A model generated the notes under the pieces. The model did no database searches and was not told the DNA's origin. It was given only the letters and a program-made list of their open reading frames with translations. This document shows, piece after piece, positions 18,892 to 27,736 of a DNA stretch of 64,000 nt (its first letter is position 1; each line of letters begins with the position of its first letter). The stretch lies in contig JAIBBV010000005.1 of assembly GCA_019694465.1 (NCBI GenBank), positions 13,767 to 77,766 of the forward strand, given 5' to 3'. A program made the position numbers and the translations under genes. The stretch comes from Oligoflexia bacterium (GTDB lineage: Bacteria; Bdellovibrionota_C; UBA2361; JAFLCA01).

Positions 18892-20172
18892 CTACTCGTA
18901 CCTCAGAACGTCACTAGGCTGAAGACTAGCTGCTCGCCTAGCCGGATAAATCGTGGCGGCAAAGCAAATAATGAAAGCCGCCAAGCCTACAAGCGCAAAA
19001 TTAAGCGGCTCGATTTGAACCGGCACGGTCGACATTTGGAAGATCCTTTCGTCAAGCGGGAATCCATATTCGCGTAGAGCTAAACAACCCAAGTACCCCG
19101 CCGCTAGTCCTAGCAATGTCCCGATTCCTCCAATTATTGCCCCCTGCAGTCTAAAAATTCTACCAATACTGCGACTGCTGGCGCCAAGGGTCATCATTAC
19201 CGCTATATCCTTGCGCTTCTCGAGCACAATCATCACCAGGGTGCTAATTATTGAAAAACTTGCCATTACGATGATTAGAAGTAGCACTATAAAGTACACC
19301 TTTTTTTCAAGGCGCATGGCATCCCAAAGAGCTTTATTAGATTCAGTCCAGTCCTGCACTAGGAAACCACTTGCAAGGCCTCCAAGCTTATCCAAAATAA
19401 GCTTGGCTATGCGAGGCGCTTGGTCAATATCCTTCACTCGCACTTCAATACCGGAAATCGAACTACCAAAGGCAAAGAACTGCTGCGCAGCCGGCATTGC
19501 TACGTAAGCTAGCTCTGCCTCATAGCCAACAAGACCTGAGGAGTAGGTTCCCACAACAACGAAGCGTCTGAACTTCGGCACCAAACCAAATGGAGTTGAG
19601 GTCAACGTTGGCGCGAGTACTGACACTGGCGAGCCAGGCAGCAGACCCAGATTCCTGCTCAGTTCCCGCCCTACTAAGATGCCAGGTAACTGAGCCGTAT
19701 CAAGCTGTCCTTCCTCAGTTTGAACCTCTATTGCTGTTGGGGAGAAAAGCGCCTCAAACTCCTTTTTGTCGCCTACGTACTGCGCTAACTGCTGCCCTGC
19801 TGCTGTATCTTTTAGGATCCCGCGTACCAATACTCCAGTTGCCCCAGTTTGAGTGCGCAGCAACCCCTGGCTATATGTGAATGGAGATACAGAGTCCACT
19901 CCTGGTACTGCTTCAATCGCTGACGCCGCCCCTTCCCAAGCATCGATTCGCCCGCTAATTCGGCGAACCACCACGTGCGAATTGGCTCCAACAATCTTTT
20001 CGCGTAGCTCATGTTCAAAGCCTGTCATGACCGAAAGGACGATATTTAGAACCATTACTCCAATGGCAACGCCCAGTACTGAAATGAGGGTAATGATCGA
20101 AATGAAGGCCTCGCCTCGGCGAGACCAGAGGTAGCGAAAAGCTACTTTTCTAGAAAATGCATTCGAACTCAC
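18892..20172 (-). CDS. lolC: Lipoprotein-releasing ABC transporter permease LolC/E
   Basis: AFRYLWSRRGEAFISII, VLSVMTGFEHEL, EKRKDIAVMMTLGA, ATIYPARRAASLQP. Start taken at GTG 20172; the track gives 20205. Confidence 0.93.
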   Translation of the reverse strand: MSSNAFSRKVAFRYLWSRRGEAFISIITLISVLGVAIGVMVLNIVLSVMTGFEHELREKIVGANSHVVVRRISGRIDAWEGAASAIEAVPGVDSVSPFTYSQGLLRTQTGATGVLVRGILKDTAAGQQLAQYVGDKKEFEALFSPTAIEVQTEEGQLDTAQLPGILVGRELSRNLGLLPGSPVSVLAPTLTSTPFGLVPKFRRFVVVGTYSSGLVGYEAELAYVAMPAAQQFFAFGSSISGIEVRVKDIDQAPRIAKLILDKLGGLASGFLVQDWTESNKALWDAMRLEKKVYFIVLLLIIVMASFSIISTLVMIVLEKRKDIAVMMTLGASSRSIGRIFRLQGAIIGGIGTLLGLAAGYLGCLALREYGFPLDERIFQMSTVPVQIEPLNFALVGLAAFIICFAATIYPARRAASLQPSDVLRYE

Positions 20173-20267
20173 CAGGAGCCACCCAGAAAAAAGTGCGCAG
20201 GACAAAATATACTACGTCTCAAAAGCCCCGACACAGATAGGAAATAGTAGCCTATGCGGCTGGACGA

Positions 20268-21425
20268 TCAAGGGGTCTTGAGGAGACCAAGGTCCTTAAA
20301 GAAGGAGATAACTTCTTCGAATGTGCGTGAACGCTTAAATTGCGGCACATGTCCACCCTGGAACCAAACTATGCGCGGACGCTTCCAGTGGTCCCAGAGT
20401 AGCTTCGGCTGCCGAGACGGAACAATCTGGTCCCCAATTCCAGCGACTATCAGCATGCGGCTTTTGTCGGTGGCGGGTGTGAGATTGAGTGGCGAGTGTA
20501 CTTTATAGGCGGCATTAAGCGCCTCAACTGTAAGCCCCTGCTCTCGCAGCGAACGGAAGGCCTCATGGCGAGTAATAATCTCCCACGCCAACTCGGCCAT
20601 ATCCACCATCGGAACAATCGGCACACAAAAGCTTAGCGCATCCAGAGAGGCCCACAGTACACCCAGGTAAGCCCCCAAACTCATACCCATACACCCAACT
20701 GCTCCGGCGCCGTCGCTCTCCAAATAAATTTTCAGTGAACGCATATCACTGATAACCTGAGCCATGGCCTCATTGGTCAATACAATATCCATGCTAGGGA
20801 ACATGAATGACTGCTTTCCAGCACTTGTGGTGGGTTTACGACGTCCATGGAACGGCAATTCGATAAGCGCTACGTCAAACCCTAACTGGTAGAATAGTCC
20901 CGGCAGAAAGGCCAAGGAATTAATACGCTGATCTCCCATCGCCCAGCCATGAACTGCGATAATCGCTGGACAACCACGCACACGATGGCGCCAGTAGCGT
21001 ACATGCACCTGTTTATTTTCAGTATGCATGCCAAACTTGGACGAGAACTCGGGGGTCTGCACTCTGTAGGCACTAGGAAAATTCAGATCAAGCACATCTC
21101 CGTCGCTAAATCCGTGGAAGACGCGTTCGCAAACAATAGGGGTGGAGGTAGGCGCGACAAAAAAATTGCGTGGATCGCTAATCCAAGCTGAATTCCATTC
21201 ACTAGGCTGGCTAAAAAGTTTTACCTGTTCAAGTATCTCAGCGGCATTGCGTGTTTGAATCTGTTTGGAGAAATCAAAGCTCTCGAGTTGGCGACTCGCC
21301 CAGTTCAGAGCGCGCTCCAAATCCTCGCCGCCAGTAAGCGTTGAGCGCTCAAACTGACTAAGCCGACTTTCAGGCGGCGCGTCAACGACACAAAAATCAG
21401 CCTGTGAAGACTTATCCTTATACAC
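20268..21425 (-). CDS. Alpha/beta hydrolase (ABHD18/DUF2048-like)
   Basis: HGW oxyanion segment, LPFHGRRKP, nucleophile elbow GMSLG, then D (GIGDQIVP) and H (GGHV). Confidence 0.85.
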   Translation of the reverse strand: MYKDKSSQADFCVVDAPPESRLSQFERSTLTGGEDLERALNWASRQLESFDFSKQIQTRNAAEILEQVKLFSQPSEWNSAWISDPRNFFVAPTSTPIVCERVFHGFSDGDVLDLNFPSAYRVQTPEFSSKFGMHTENKQVHVRYWRHRVRGCPAIIAVHGWAMGDQRINSLAFLPGLFYQLGFDVALIELPFHGRRKPTTSAGKQSFMFPSMDIVLTNEAMAQVISDMRSLKIYLESDGAGAVGCMGMSLGAYLGVLWASLDALSFCVPIVPMVDMAELAWEIITRHEAFRSLREQGLTVEALNAAYKVHSPLNLTPATDKSRMLIVAGIGDQIVPSRQPKLLWDHWKRPRIVWFQGGHVPQFKRSRTFEEVISFFKDLGLLKTP

Positions 21426-21572
21426 AGAAAAACCTTACCTTCTATCTATTATGACGCTAAAACTTGCCTTGCGGAATGCCTCGAAATTGGCAATTTCAAT
21501 CCAGTCAGATCGCTAGGCATTAATAGTACTCCTAAAAAACCCTATAATCTCTATTAGCTAGCAATCCGCGTA

Positions 21573-22061
21573 TTAGCCTACCCTTGCTCTAGACCTTCGA
21601 TTTTTGGCTCGGTGAGAACGAACAGCTGCCGCCCAACCTCCACTTTTCATCCAAACCCGTAGCTCCCCAGAATCCGGATGCCGCGCCTCTAGCGCCTTAA
21701 AGCTTGGGCCATGCCAGCAGCGCCTACCTTTGCGCCTTTCTACCCCCTCCTCAAGCACTGCATGGCACATTTCATGAAATATCACGGCCTCTAACCAGCG
21801 CCTATGCTCCGTCGGTTCTAACTCTTGGGCTAGGGTTACCTGTCGTTTTCTAACACAACAGGCGCCCAGAACTCGCTTCTGGCGCCTTCTACTCCATAGG
21901 ACAGTATATTCTGTGAGGTGCTTAACTTCAGGGAAATAGCTTTGAGCCAAACCGCTCCAAATCTCTATTAGTACTTGCTCTCCTGTTGCCCTGAGCGCCA
22001 TGGGCCTAGGGCGGGACTTAGGCCGAAAAATTTGGAAAAAAGATAGCTGAAATGGCGACAT
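21573..22061 (-). CDS. SprT-like/YgjP-like zinc metallopeptidase domain protein
   Basis: VIFHEMCHAV (HExxH) followed by WHGPSFKALEA. Confidence 0.8.
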   Translation of the reverse strand: MSPFQLSFFQIFRPKSRPRPMALRATGEQVLIEIWSGLAQSYFPEVKHLTEYTVLWSRRRQKRVLGACCVRKRQVTLAQELEPTEHRRWLEAVIFHEMCHAVLEEGVERRKGRRCWHGPSFKALEARHPDSGELRVWMKSGGWAAAVRSHRAKNRRSRARVG

Positions 22062-22172
22062 ACTTTGATTTTAGACTTAGGCCGCTTACAGCAAAAGTAG
22101 CAAAATCCGGTAGCTTTAATTTGACTACCGTCAGAGCTGGCGATATTTTGAAGGCCCCAAGTTGTGCTGTAG

Positions 22173-24551
22173 TTGTCTCCCATGGATTCACAGATAAATC
22201 TTAAACGTACCACCGATTTTTGGCCTCTAGACCAAGGCGTCGAGCGTGAATTAAGACCGACGCATCAACTTGTTTTTAGCACCAGCAACCCAGATAAATT
22301 AAGAGAGATAGCTGCCGCTCTTGGCCTGCCAGAAGAGGAGGTGCGCGGTCAAAAGTTAAGAGAACTCCTTGAGCCTCAGCCAGACGATTCAGTGCGGAGC
22401 CTTATTGAATCGGGTAGATACGAGCAAGCCTCAGCTGCAATTTGTGGGCAGAAGGCTGTTCAAGCGTGGAAGATCAGCGGAACCGGAGTCTGTGTTGAAG
22501 ATACCGGGCTATACACAGAAGCCTTACGTGGATATCCAGGGCCAGAAATTAAAAGCTGGAACCACCCGGACAACCTTGCAACTCTTTGTGATCTGGCCAG
22601 CAATAGTGGAAGACGAGGCGCTACCATGATTGTAGCCTTTGGTTTCTATCCAGGATTTGGCGAGCCGCAAGTTAGGTCCGCTGTTTTACGTGGAGAAATT
22701 GCAGCACAGCCTCGCGGCACCAATGGCTTTGGCTTCGACTGCATCTTCGTACCCGACCCAACCCTGCAGGCGAAACTGTTCCCCGGCAAGCCAGCTAGGA
22801 CCATTGCTGAAATGGAGCCTGGCGAGAAGGCACAACTAAACCCACGCACCAAAGCACTCACTTCTATTGCACAACAGCCTTTTGAGTTCGCCTCTAATCC
22901 GCCTAGAATATTGTTACCTACCGCAGCGGCTAAAGTTGCGATTAGAGATTTAAAAACTAAAGTTCCGTCGGAGCATCGAGAGAAAGTACTCGCGGCATCC
23001 ATTACATCTGTCGAACAGCGCCGCCAGCGCATCTTCGCTGATATGCGTAGCGAGACGGGAAGAAAGACCCTTGTGCGAACCGGAGAGGTCTCTGAACGAG
23101 TAATGGACGATGACATTACGGATGTTCGTGAAAGGATACTCCCGTTCGACATGGGGCGCTTGCGAATCATTTCAAGGGATTCTGGAGCCCGCGCTATCGC
23201 GCACTCAGTTCACAGGCTAGAACTCTTAAATCACCCGTTCGCCCTAGAGGCCATGCTGCGGCAGGAGCGGCTGGGCTACGTAGCTGTTGGTGGCAAGAGT
23301 GTTCCGCCTTTAGATGCAATGAAAGAACGCCGTCAAGCCGCAACCTACGACGACTTTAAATTAGGCTTCGAAGGAGCGACAGAGGGCTCCAAAAACCAAG
23401 AGCGCGTTATTGCCATTTTGGCGGGCGGTATGGGTTCTTGGACAAGCACGCGTTGCATCACCTACCCGATTTTAGGGGCCTCAGTTCCGTCAATGATATC
23501 GGCCTGGTCGCTTGCAGAGGGCGCACTTTGCGGCATACCAGGATTTACCCCCTGCGACAGCTACTGGTCCGATCATACAGCCCAAATTGAAATGTCGCGT
23601 GCTGCTTTGGCTTATATCGACAGCCACCCTTTCATTAGCACAGGTCGCTGGAACGATGTTGTTCTAAGTAACGGAGAAACAGTAAAGGACTTTGTTCTTA
23701 GGCGTGCCCATAAAATGATCGGGGCTACTCTTAAAGCACGCCCAGAAACTATCGCTGACATTGCCGACCAGTTCAGGGCCATTGGTGTCTCAACTTTCCG
23801 TGTTTACGAGGCTGGCGCGACTCGCCCGTTGCAAGCGGCAGTAAGAGTGCTGGCCGAGCATTATCGGGGTGATTCTAACTACATTATGTGGGCCGGTCAG
23901 GTAGGTGGAGTGGCCCAGGCAAGAGAATGCGTCGACGCGGGAGCGCATGGTTTAATAGTGGGAGTTGGAGACGGCGCTCTTTGTAGCACAGCTGACGTAG
24001 CTGCTCTGGCTGGTAACAACCCGCTTAAGATTTATGAAATTGTCGCAGCTCGCTTGGGCATCCCTGTCATTGCTGATGGGGGCGTCGGCAGCAGGGCTCC
24101 AGTAGCGCATGCGCTTGGCGCAGCTGGTCGTATGATGGCCGGAAGCTTGAGTGGTGGAACAGTTTCCCTACGCCTTGTTAAATTTGCCAACGGCGATGGC
24201 GAAGTTTATGACCCGGAGTATGGGGAGGCTAGCGCACCAACCAAGCATCGTGGTGGCCAAGTCGATGCCCTTGGTGAGGCCATGGGAGTGGAAGGCATAG
24301 CTGCTAGGAGACCAGTAGACTTTCTTCGCCCTACGCTTGCCGATAGAGTTTTTGCATCGCTTCTCGGAGTTGCCAAGTCGCTACGTTTTGATGGCTTAAG
24401 CAGCCTAGCTGAGCTTGTGCACCAGGCCCAGCCGAATCTATGGGTACCCACTGGAGCTGCACTTCGCGCCGGATCTCCACATCACGATCATCCGGAGACA
24501 AAGGATGTGCCACGTCCATTTCAGCTCAACTTTGAGCCCCTCTCTTTGTAG
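22173..24551 (+). CDS. Fusion: N-terminal HAM1/RdgB (ITPase-like) pyrophosphatase + ~150-aa linker + C-terminal IMPDH/GMP-reductase-like TIM barrel (no CBS pair)
   Basis: HAM1 motifs FSTSNPDKLREI, VEDTGLYTEALRGYPGP, GFGFDCIFVP, TIAEM...EK. IMPDH-like motifs ATYDDFKL, YPILGAS, AGQVG, VDAGAHGLIVGVGDGALCST (Cys604), IPVIADGGV, MAGSL, VEG. Confidence 0.85.
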   Translation: MSPMDSQINLKRTTDFWPLDQGVERELRPTHQLVFSTSNPDKLREIAAALGLPEEEVRGQKLRELLEPQPDDSVRSLIESGRYEQASAAICGQKAVQAWKISGTGVCVEDTGLYTEALRGYPGPEIKSWNHPDNLATLCDLASNSGRRGATMIVAFGFYPGFGEPQVRSAVLRGEIAAQPRGTNGFGFDCIFVPDPTLQAKLFPGKPARTIAEMEPGEKAQLNPRTKALTSIAQQPFEFASNPPRILLPTAAAKVAIRDLKTKVPSEHREKVLAASITSVEQRRQRIFADMRSETGRKTLVRTGEVSERVMDDDITDVRERILPFDMGRLRIISRDSGARAIAHSVHRLELLNHPFALEAMLRQERLGYVAVGGKSVPPLDAMKERRQAATYDDFKLGFEGATEGSKNQERVIAILAGGMGSWTSTRCITYPILGASVPSMISAWSLAEGALCGIPGFTPCDSYWSDHTAQIEMSRAALAYIDSHPFISTGRWNDVVLSNGETVKDFVLRRAHKMIGATLKARPETIADIADQFRAIGVSTFRVYEAGATRPLQAAVRVLAEHYRGDSNYIMWAGQVGGVAQARECVDAGAHGLIVGVGDGALCSTADVAALAGNNPLKIYEIVAARLGIPVIADGGVGSRAPVAHALGAAGRMMAGSLSGGTVSLRLVKFANGDGEVYDPEYGEASAPTKHRGGQVDALGEAMGVEGIAARRPVDFLRPTLADRVFASLLGVAKSLRFDGLSSLAELVHQAQPNLWVPTGAALRAGSPHHDHPETKDVPRPFQLNFEPLSL

Positions 24552-24585
24552 TCTGGCCATATAGCCGCCCAGCGCAGGGCTATGA

Positions 24586-25290
24586 CTAATCCATTGAGTA
24601 CTCAGCCCTGGTGACTACACGCACCAACTTATTTAAGCTTGAGTTCGAGTCATAGTCATTGTCGTTAAAAGGTGAGTTTATTGTAAACAGTCCCTGCGAA
24701 ACTTGCTTTATTCTGCCTAACTTTACACCGGTGTCACGCGCCAGAGATTGAGCAGCAGCAGTGGCAGACTGCGAAGCTGCCTTTAGCATATCAGGCTTAA
24801 TTGCATTGAGGCCTGTGAAAAAATAGTTTAACTCAGCACCCTCCAGCACAACACCACTTGCTACAAGCGCATCAGTTGCTTCGCTGGCAGCCACCACCTG
24901 GTCAACCTTTTTTGTCGATAAAAGAATCGAACCGCGCCCCGTAAAGCGGGGGCCCTGTTTATTGCTGTTGTAACTTTCAGCATTCCGGTCCGTTATTGAG
25001 AGTGGGGTTTTTTGAATCTCTTCTCTTGCAAATCCCTTTGAGCTAAGAAAATCCACGACTGCGGAACTCATACTGGAAGCAGCTGAATATAAATCGGCCA
25101 CACTCGCCCCAGTCACAACGTACTTAATCTGCCAATTAGCCTGGTCTGACTTCACAACTCGTTCATCGAGACCGCGTACTTCAATAGTATTCCCAAGACG
25201 CCTGAAGGACAGGACGGCGTCACGGACTACAAAAGATGAGAGAACCAGGGCTGCTGAGATAGTTAAAGAGCCAATTCGCTGACGACGCAT
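24586..25290 (-). CDS. SIMPL domain (DUF541) protein
   Basis: IEVRGLDERVVKSDQANW, IKPDMLKAASQSA, GRIKQVSQGLFTI, KLVRVVTRAEY. Confidence 0.88.
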   Translation of the reverse strand: MRRQRIGSLTISAALVLSSFVVRDAVLSFRRLGNTIEVRGLDERVVKSDQANWQIKYVVTGASVADLYSAASSMSSAVVDFLSSKGFAREEIQKTPLSITDRNAESYNSNKQGPRFTGRGSILLSTKKVDQVVAASEATDALVASGVVLEGAELNYFFTGLNAIKPDMLKAASQSATAAAQSLARDTGVKLGRIKQVSQGLFTINSPFNDNDYDSNSSLNKLVRVVTRAEYSMD

Positions 25291-25385
25291 ACTTAGGACG
25301 AACCTCTTTCATGAAAATCACTGAAATGCTCGAGTTGGGTAGTTCCGACTTTGACGTCTAGATCTACAGGTTATTCACAAATAAA

Positions 25386-25684
25386 CCCTGCGCGAGTGAG
25401 TTTTGACAAAAACTCACTCGCAATAGCAGGGCCATCTTGGCGAAGCCAAGTGGACCAGTAGAGAACACAAACAACGGACAAGTGGCGACACTACTTAGCG
25501 TGCGTAACAAAATGTAAGCCTATTTTGATGGCCCTACAGAAGGGATAGCGGTGATCTTGAGGCAATTCCGCATTTGCCCCCTCGGGGCTTGGGGTTTACT
25601 CGTCGTCTGCGGCTCGACTTGGCTACGCCAAGATCTCGCTCGCCCAGCCTCATCCATTTTTTGTCAAAAATGAATGAGGCTGGG
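25386..25684. repeat. REP/MITE-like element bounded by inverted hairpin pairs
   Basis: Left end: perfect 13-bp hairpin gcgagtgagtttt-gaca-aaaactcactcgc (25392-25421) and cttggc-gaa-gccaag. Right end, inverted: cttggc-tac-gccaag and cccagcctcat.cattttt-tgtc-aaaaatg.atgaggctggg (25643-25684). Confidence 0.65.
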
Positions 25685-25766
25685 TTCATATGGAAGGGTC
25701 ATCGGAACTCGCGTTGTAGCTTGTGCCCTTAGTCAGTGATTTCTTGAATAATTGTAGCACTGGACA

Positions 25767-27173
25767 CTAGCGCCCTGACTTTTTAGCCCTTTCGAAAGCC
25801 TCAATCGCAATATCACGTTCATGCGAGTGTTCGACTATTGGGAGCGGATATTCTCCAAAACGTGTCGCATCTGGCTCAGCCAATGAGTGAATCTGCTTGG
25901 CACTGGCTGATGCGAGTTCTGGAATCCAGCGCTTAATGTAGGTACACTGTGGGTCAAACTTGCCTTGCTGCAACCAAGGGTTGAAAACCCTGAAATAGGG
26001 CTGCGCGTCACAGCCAGTGGAAGCAGCCCACTGCCAGTTTCCATTATTTACGCTCGGGTCATAGTCAGTAAGGTGACGCGCGAAGAAAGCTTCGCCCTTT
26101 CGCCAATCTATATGCAGGTCCTTCACCAGGAAGGAGGCTACAATCATACGAACCCGATTGTGCATAAAGCCTGTAGCAAGTAACTCACGTATGCCGGCAT
26201 CCACGATTGGGAAACCAGTGCGGCCTTCACACCATGCCGAGAAGTGATCCTGATTATCACTCCACTCAACTGCACTAAAAGCGGGATTAAAAGAGGACTG
26301 AAAAACATGCGGAAAATGCCAAGCGATATGGGTGAAGAAATCTCTCCAGTAGAGTTCCCTTACCAATGTGGAGTCCCTGCCCAGCGTAGCTACTAAACTC
26401 CAGTAAACCTCGCGAATAGACAGGGTTCCAAACTTATGATGGGCGCTAAGCAGACTAGTAGCAGAAAGCGCCGGAAAATCACGCTCTTGGTTGTAGTTAT
26501 TCAGGCCCGCGGCACGCTCTAGGAGTTTCAGACCTTGGCTGCGCCCGCCAAGTTGCAGCCTATGCGGCGCAGCTTGTTTAGGGAGGTAAGATTTAGCCAG
26601 CTTTCGCTTAATACCCTTTGGCGCATTCGCCAATTTAAACGTTTTGGGCAAGGTTAAGCAGCGCGCGACGGCTTCTTCGCTAGCGCGCTTATAGAATGGA
26701 GTAAAAACTGTGTAAGGCCTACCATCTTGCTTCGAGAATTTACTTGGCTCTAAAAGCAACGCATCAGAGTAGCTGTGTAGAGTAGCGCCTACTTTTTGCA
26801 GTTCCGCACTCAAATTGCGATCACGCTCACGCGCGAAGGGAGTATAGTCCTTGTTTACGAAAACATCTTTGCAGTCCCATGACAGAGCAAGCTGCGCGGC
26901 AACAATCTCGCTAGAACCTTCCATGACTAGCAGCTCTGAACCTAAGGCTTTAAGTTCTGCGCTCAATTCTTCCAAGCTCTCGACTAAAAAGGCTAAGCCG
27001 TTGACTGATCGATAGGGATGATCTGAGATCTGACGTGGGTCGAATATAAACACCGGCGACACCTGGTCGCACTGCGTAAGGGCAGCATGTAAGGCGGTGT
27101 TATCATGCACGCGCAAATCTCGTCGAAAAATTACAATCCCTCGCTGGATATTCTTCATCTTGCTATTCAACAT
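25767..27173 (-). CDS. phrB: Deoxyribodipyrimidine photolyase (class I CPD)
   Basis: IFRRDLRVHDNTAL, YTVFTPFY, SLLSAHHKFGTLSIR, ELYWRDF, WCEGRTGFPIVDAG, GFMHNRVRM, NNGNWQW. Confidence 0.96.
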   Translation of the reverse strand: MLNSKMKNIQRGIVIFRRDLRVHDNTALHAALTQCDQVSPVFIFDPRQISDHPYRSVNGLAFLVESLEELSAELKALGSELLVMEGSSEIVAAQLALSWDCKDVFVNKDYTPFARERDRNLSAELQKVGATLHSYSDALLLEPSKFSKQDGRPYTVFTPFYKRASEEAVARCLTLPKTFKLANAPKGIKRKLAKSYLPKQAAPHRLQLGGRSQGLKLLERAAGLNNYNQERDFPALSATSLLSAHHKFGTLSIREVYWSLVATLGRDSTLVRELYWRDFFTHIAWHFPHVFQSSFNPAFSAVEWSDNQDHFSAWCEGRTGFPIVDAGIRELLATGFMHNRVRMIVASFLVKDLHIDWRKGEAFFARHLTDYDPSVNNGNWQWAASTGCDAQPYFRVFNPWLQQGKFDPQCTYIKRWIPELASASAKQIHSLAEPDATRFGEYPLPIVEHSHERDIAIEAFERAKKSGR

Positions 27174-27235
27174 TAAAGCATATCTCTACGCCACTTGAGT
27201 TTTTGCACTCTAAAGATTAGTTTTTGTGCATGGGG

Positions 27236-27556
27236 ATGCGCAAACTTCACAGGCCAGTACAGTACTTAAGCGCATTATTCGTACTATCTTTCGTTTGCTT
27301 ATCTCTACTGGCCAAGATTCCAAACTCACATTGCCACTGTCACGATAGCAAAAGACCGGCACAACCCACAAAGTCAGAGCCCTGCCCTTTTGGCCAAATT
27401 CGCGCTCTAGGCTCGCTACTGAATAGCGTGGAGCGTCCCAGTCCAAGGCTGCAGCCTGTTATCGCTATAGTTTCACCCATTCCCATTGGATTTGAGCGCG
27501 TAGCTTTGCGCGATCATACAGGTTCTGCTAGGGCGCGCGCACCTCCTGCCATCTAG
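27236..27556 (+). CDS. DUF2946-like leader protein with HCHCH...CP metal motif and C-terminal RAPP arrest motif
   Basis: Hydrophobic N-terminus, SHCHCHD...EPCPF, Pro-rich linker, ends ARARAPPAI-stop; 180 bp upstream of an OM transporter gene. Start could be 27224, 27230 or 27236. Confidence 0.7.
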   Translation: MRKLHRPVQYLSALFVLSFVCLSLLAKIPNSHCHCHDSKRPAQPTKSEPCPFGQIRALGSLLNSVERPSPRLQPVIAIVSPIPIGFERVALRDHTGSARARAPPAI

Positions 27557-27736
27557 TACGAATCTTACACGAGACCCTTTGAACTACAGGGACAGAGCGC
27601 ATCCGGGAATTAAACATAGAATGTGGCTCACATTATGAGACTAACGGCATTCGGCTACATTCTTTGATGCTCTCTAGTGCAGTCGTGTGAATAGCCGAGT
27701 GTAGTTAACTAGCTAACCAATCTTTTGGAATTTGTT

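Noticed and set aside
22173-24551. Assigning the HAM1 fusion to a Kongming-type dITP defence system
   Set aside because: No adenosine deaminase, SIR2 or other defence gene is adjacent; kept only as a hypothesis to test.
25386-25684. CRISPR array or autonomous IS
   Set aside because: No repeat-spacer periodicity and no transposase ORF. No CRISPR array was seen anywhere in the window.
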